In this document: piece after piece, positions 62,226 through 64,000 of the stretch
How positions within the stretch are numbered: the stretch's first letter is position 1
Layout: each line of letters opens with the position of its first letter
Assembly: GCF_037042905.1 (NCBI RefSeq)
Contig: NC_087245.1
Coordinates: 14,076,001-14,140,000, forward strand
DNA from: Lytechinus pictus
Lineage: Eukaryota
DNA length: 64,000 nucleotides
Direction of reading: 5' to 3'
Notes under the pieces: model-generated
What the model saw: only the letters and a program-made list of their open reading frames with translations
Database searches by the model: none
Told to the model about the DNA's origin: nothing
Translations under genes and position numbers: made by a program

Positions 62226-62540
62226 TCAAGCATTCTTGAACATTGAACCGCCAAAGCACTATATAATTTTCTAAGTACCCCTGCCAAACATCTGGCTTAT
62301 GTTTTTAAATGCTGTTGGAGCGCAATAAAGTTTGGCATCACCGGGTGCTTGGCTTTAAGGAGTGCTATTGATGAAAATCAACCTTAACTGTGGAAAGCCA
62401 GTTGTGCCCTTATTTGTCTTTTTGGTACAGGAAAAATGAAAGCAATTGTATGTAAATCTTGATAATATTATCTTTGATATGCAATATAATACTTCATATG
62501 AATCAGGTTCATCTTTTTCTCTCTCTCTCTTTTCCAACAG

Positions 62541-62642
62541 ACTTCTGATCTTGGCATAACAGAACACATAGAGGGTGACCATTGTAAGTTTGCTCTATGG
62601 ACGGGTAGAACGCCATCTTCAGACAATAGAATAGTACTCAAG
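62541..62642 (+). CDS. trio: Trio exon R (PH1): TSDLGITEHIEGDHCKFALWTGRTPSSDNRIVLK; gene continues beyond window
   Basis: (ct)n tract + ccaacag acceptor, AAG|gtaag donor, 102 nt; TEHxEGDxCKFALW motif. Confidence 0.96.
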
Positions 62643-62826
62643 GTAAGTCCAATTTATTATTTAAAGAACTGGGGAGCATTTCATAAAAGGACTTGTCAGA
62701 CGTTTTATCCGTTAACATTATAACATTAAGAGACCAGTGCATATCTGCCAATCCAAAGAAAGGATATCACTGACGATTTGTCATTGCTAACAAGTTTGCT
62801 TGCAGATGTAGTATATTTTTTTAATA

Positions 62827-64000
62827 TACAGTGCGTCCCCAAAAAAAAATATACACTTTTGAAATTGCTGCCAAATAAGAAATATATCACTTTGGGGGAA
62901 GAGACTTATATATATGGAAAGCCAATACAGTCAACTTTCAAATGACACCAAAAACTTGGAAAACTATTTATGCTTGAGCGAGCACTGCCCACTGAAACAA
63001 AGGGTATGAAAATTAGGGTGGGCTGGAATTAGCCTCCCAATTTCTTTCAGGCTTTTTTATTTGGTACTTGCAAAGTTGAGGGTTATTTGGTGAATTAATG
63101 ATCAGTTGTGATCAGTTTGTTGTTTGTGAAAATTACATGCATTATCAAATTGAAATTTAATGCATGAGTGATCATGAATTGCAATTTTTAGTGCAGCATT
63201 TTGACTTTATCATGTTGATCTCAGCAATGTGTTCATGAGAGTCAGAAGAGTCAGATGAGGGGATAATATGACTTAGGTAGGTGAAGTACGTTGATGGGAT
63301 AAAGGTCAACAGAACATTTAGCAACCCCTCCCTCCATCTCTACCCCCCCTCCACTTCTCTCCTGAGAGACTAAGCTCGACTAGGCTGGGCAGGTATTAGC
63401 CTTACAGTTTTTTTTTTAGTGGTTAGTCCTTTGGAACTTGCAAAGCTAAGGGTGTTAAGCTAAATTAATGAATGAGATAACTTTGGTTTCTTAGGCAAAT
63501 TTTATGAGTTACTAAATTAAAATTTAATGCATGAGTGAACAGGAATTGTAATTTTAGTGTAGCATATTCATCTTGTTGACCTCAAAAGTGTGTTCGTGAG
63601 AGTCAGAGTAATGTGATGGTACCTGTTACAAGCAAAAGGGCGAGATATGCTAAGACTTGGTTAAAAGGGCATTCCTCTTCTTTTTGTCCTTTTACAAATT
63701 TAAAGTCATACGTACCGTCCACCTCCATTTCCCAGTCCCCCTCTCTCTGTGTCTCACTTCCTGGATTGTAGCCTATTCAAAGCTTAACTGCCAAGTGACC
63801 AGTGGCTGATGGTCAGTTTTTTTCATTGAATGATTACCAAGAAATTTACTGATTATGATGATTAATGAAATAATTTATTGAAAAAAAAACCTGAATGTTT
63901 GATTGATCACAATACACATAGAATGAGTTGGTTTACTAATAATTTTTTGATTTAATGATTGATAGGAAAAAGTTGATGCCCCAATTCAGAATTTATCATT
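62827..64000. mobile_element. Probable Tc1/mariner-like non-autonomous element, right end not seen
   Basis: TA-CAGTGCGTCCCCAAAAAAAA terminus; ~90-bp internal direct repeat at ~63153-63247 and ~63520-63608; extent uncertain. Confidence 0.45.

Noticed and set aside
1..64000. Prokaryotic, phage or horizontally acquired system
   Set aside because: No long intronless ORFs or operon structure; all convincing coding sequence belongs to one spliced metazoan gene.

Overview
AT-rich metazoan genomic DNA; the repeat landscape and protein similarity suggest a marine invertebrate, probably an echinoderm (inference). The window lies inside one large + strand gene, a Trio/Kalirin-family Rho GEF. I traced 18 consecutive GT-AG coding exons (31294-62642; 2847 nt, 949 codons, frame-consistent at every junction). 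They encode spectrin repeats, the first DH (RhoGEF) domain and most of the first PH domain; neither start nor stop is in the window. Bases 1-31293 contain no recognisable coding exon and appear to be a >31 kb intron. The introns are dense in non-autonomous DNA transposons (TTAA-flanked Kolobok/T2-like, piggyBac-, Harbinger-, Sola1-, Crypton-, hAT- and Tc1-like MITEs), plus a tRNA-derived SINE, a CR1/L2 3' fragment and microsatellites. The most unusual signal is that three exons are each followed by degenerate copies of their own 3' end plus splice donor. One copy differs from its exon mostly at synonymous positions and forms a plausible 53-nt poison exon in the DH domain. Other leads are a possible internal promoter in the giant intron, U12-like splice signals in otherwise U2 introns, and a decayed death-domain-like relic. 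No prokaryotic system or CRISPR array is present. All family assignments are from memory and structure; no database search was run.
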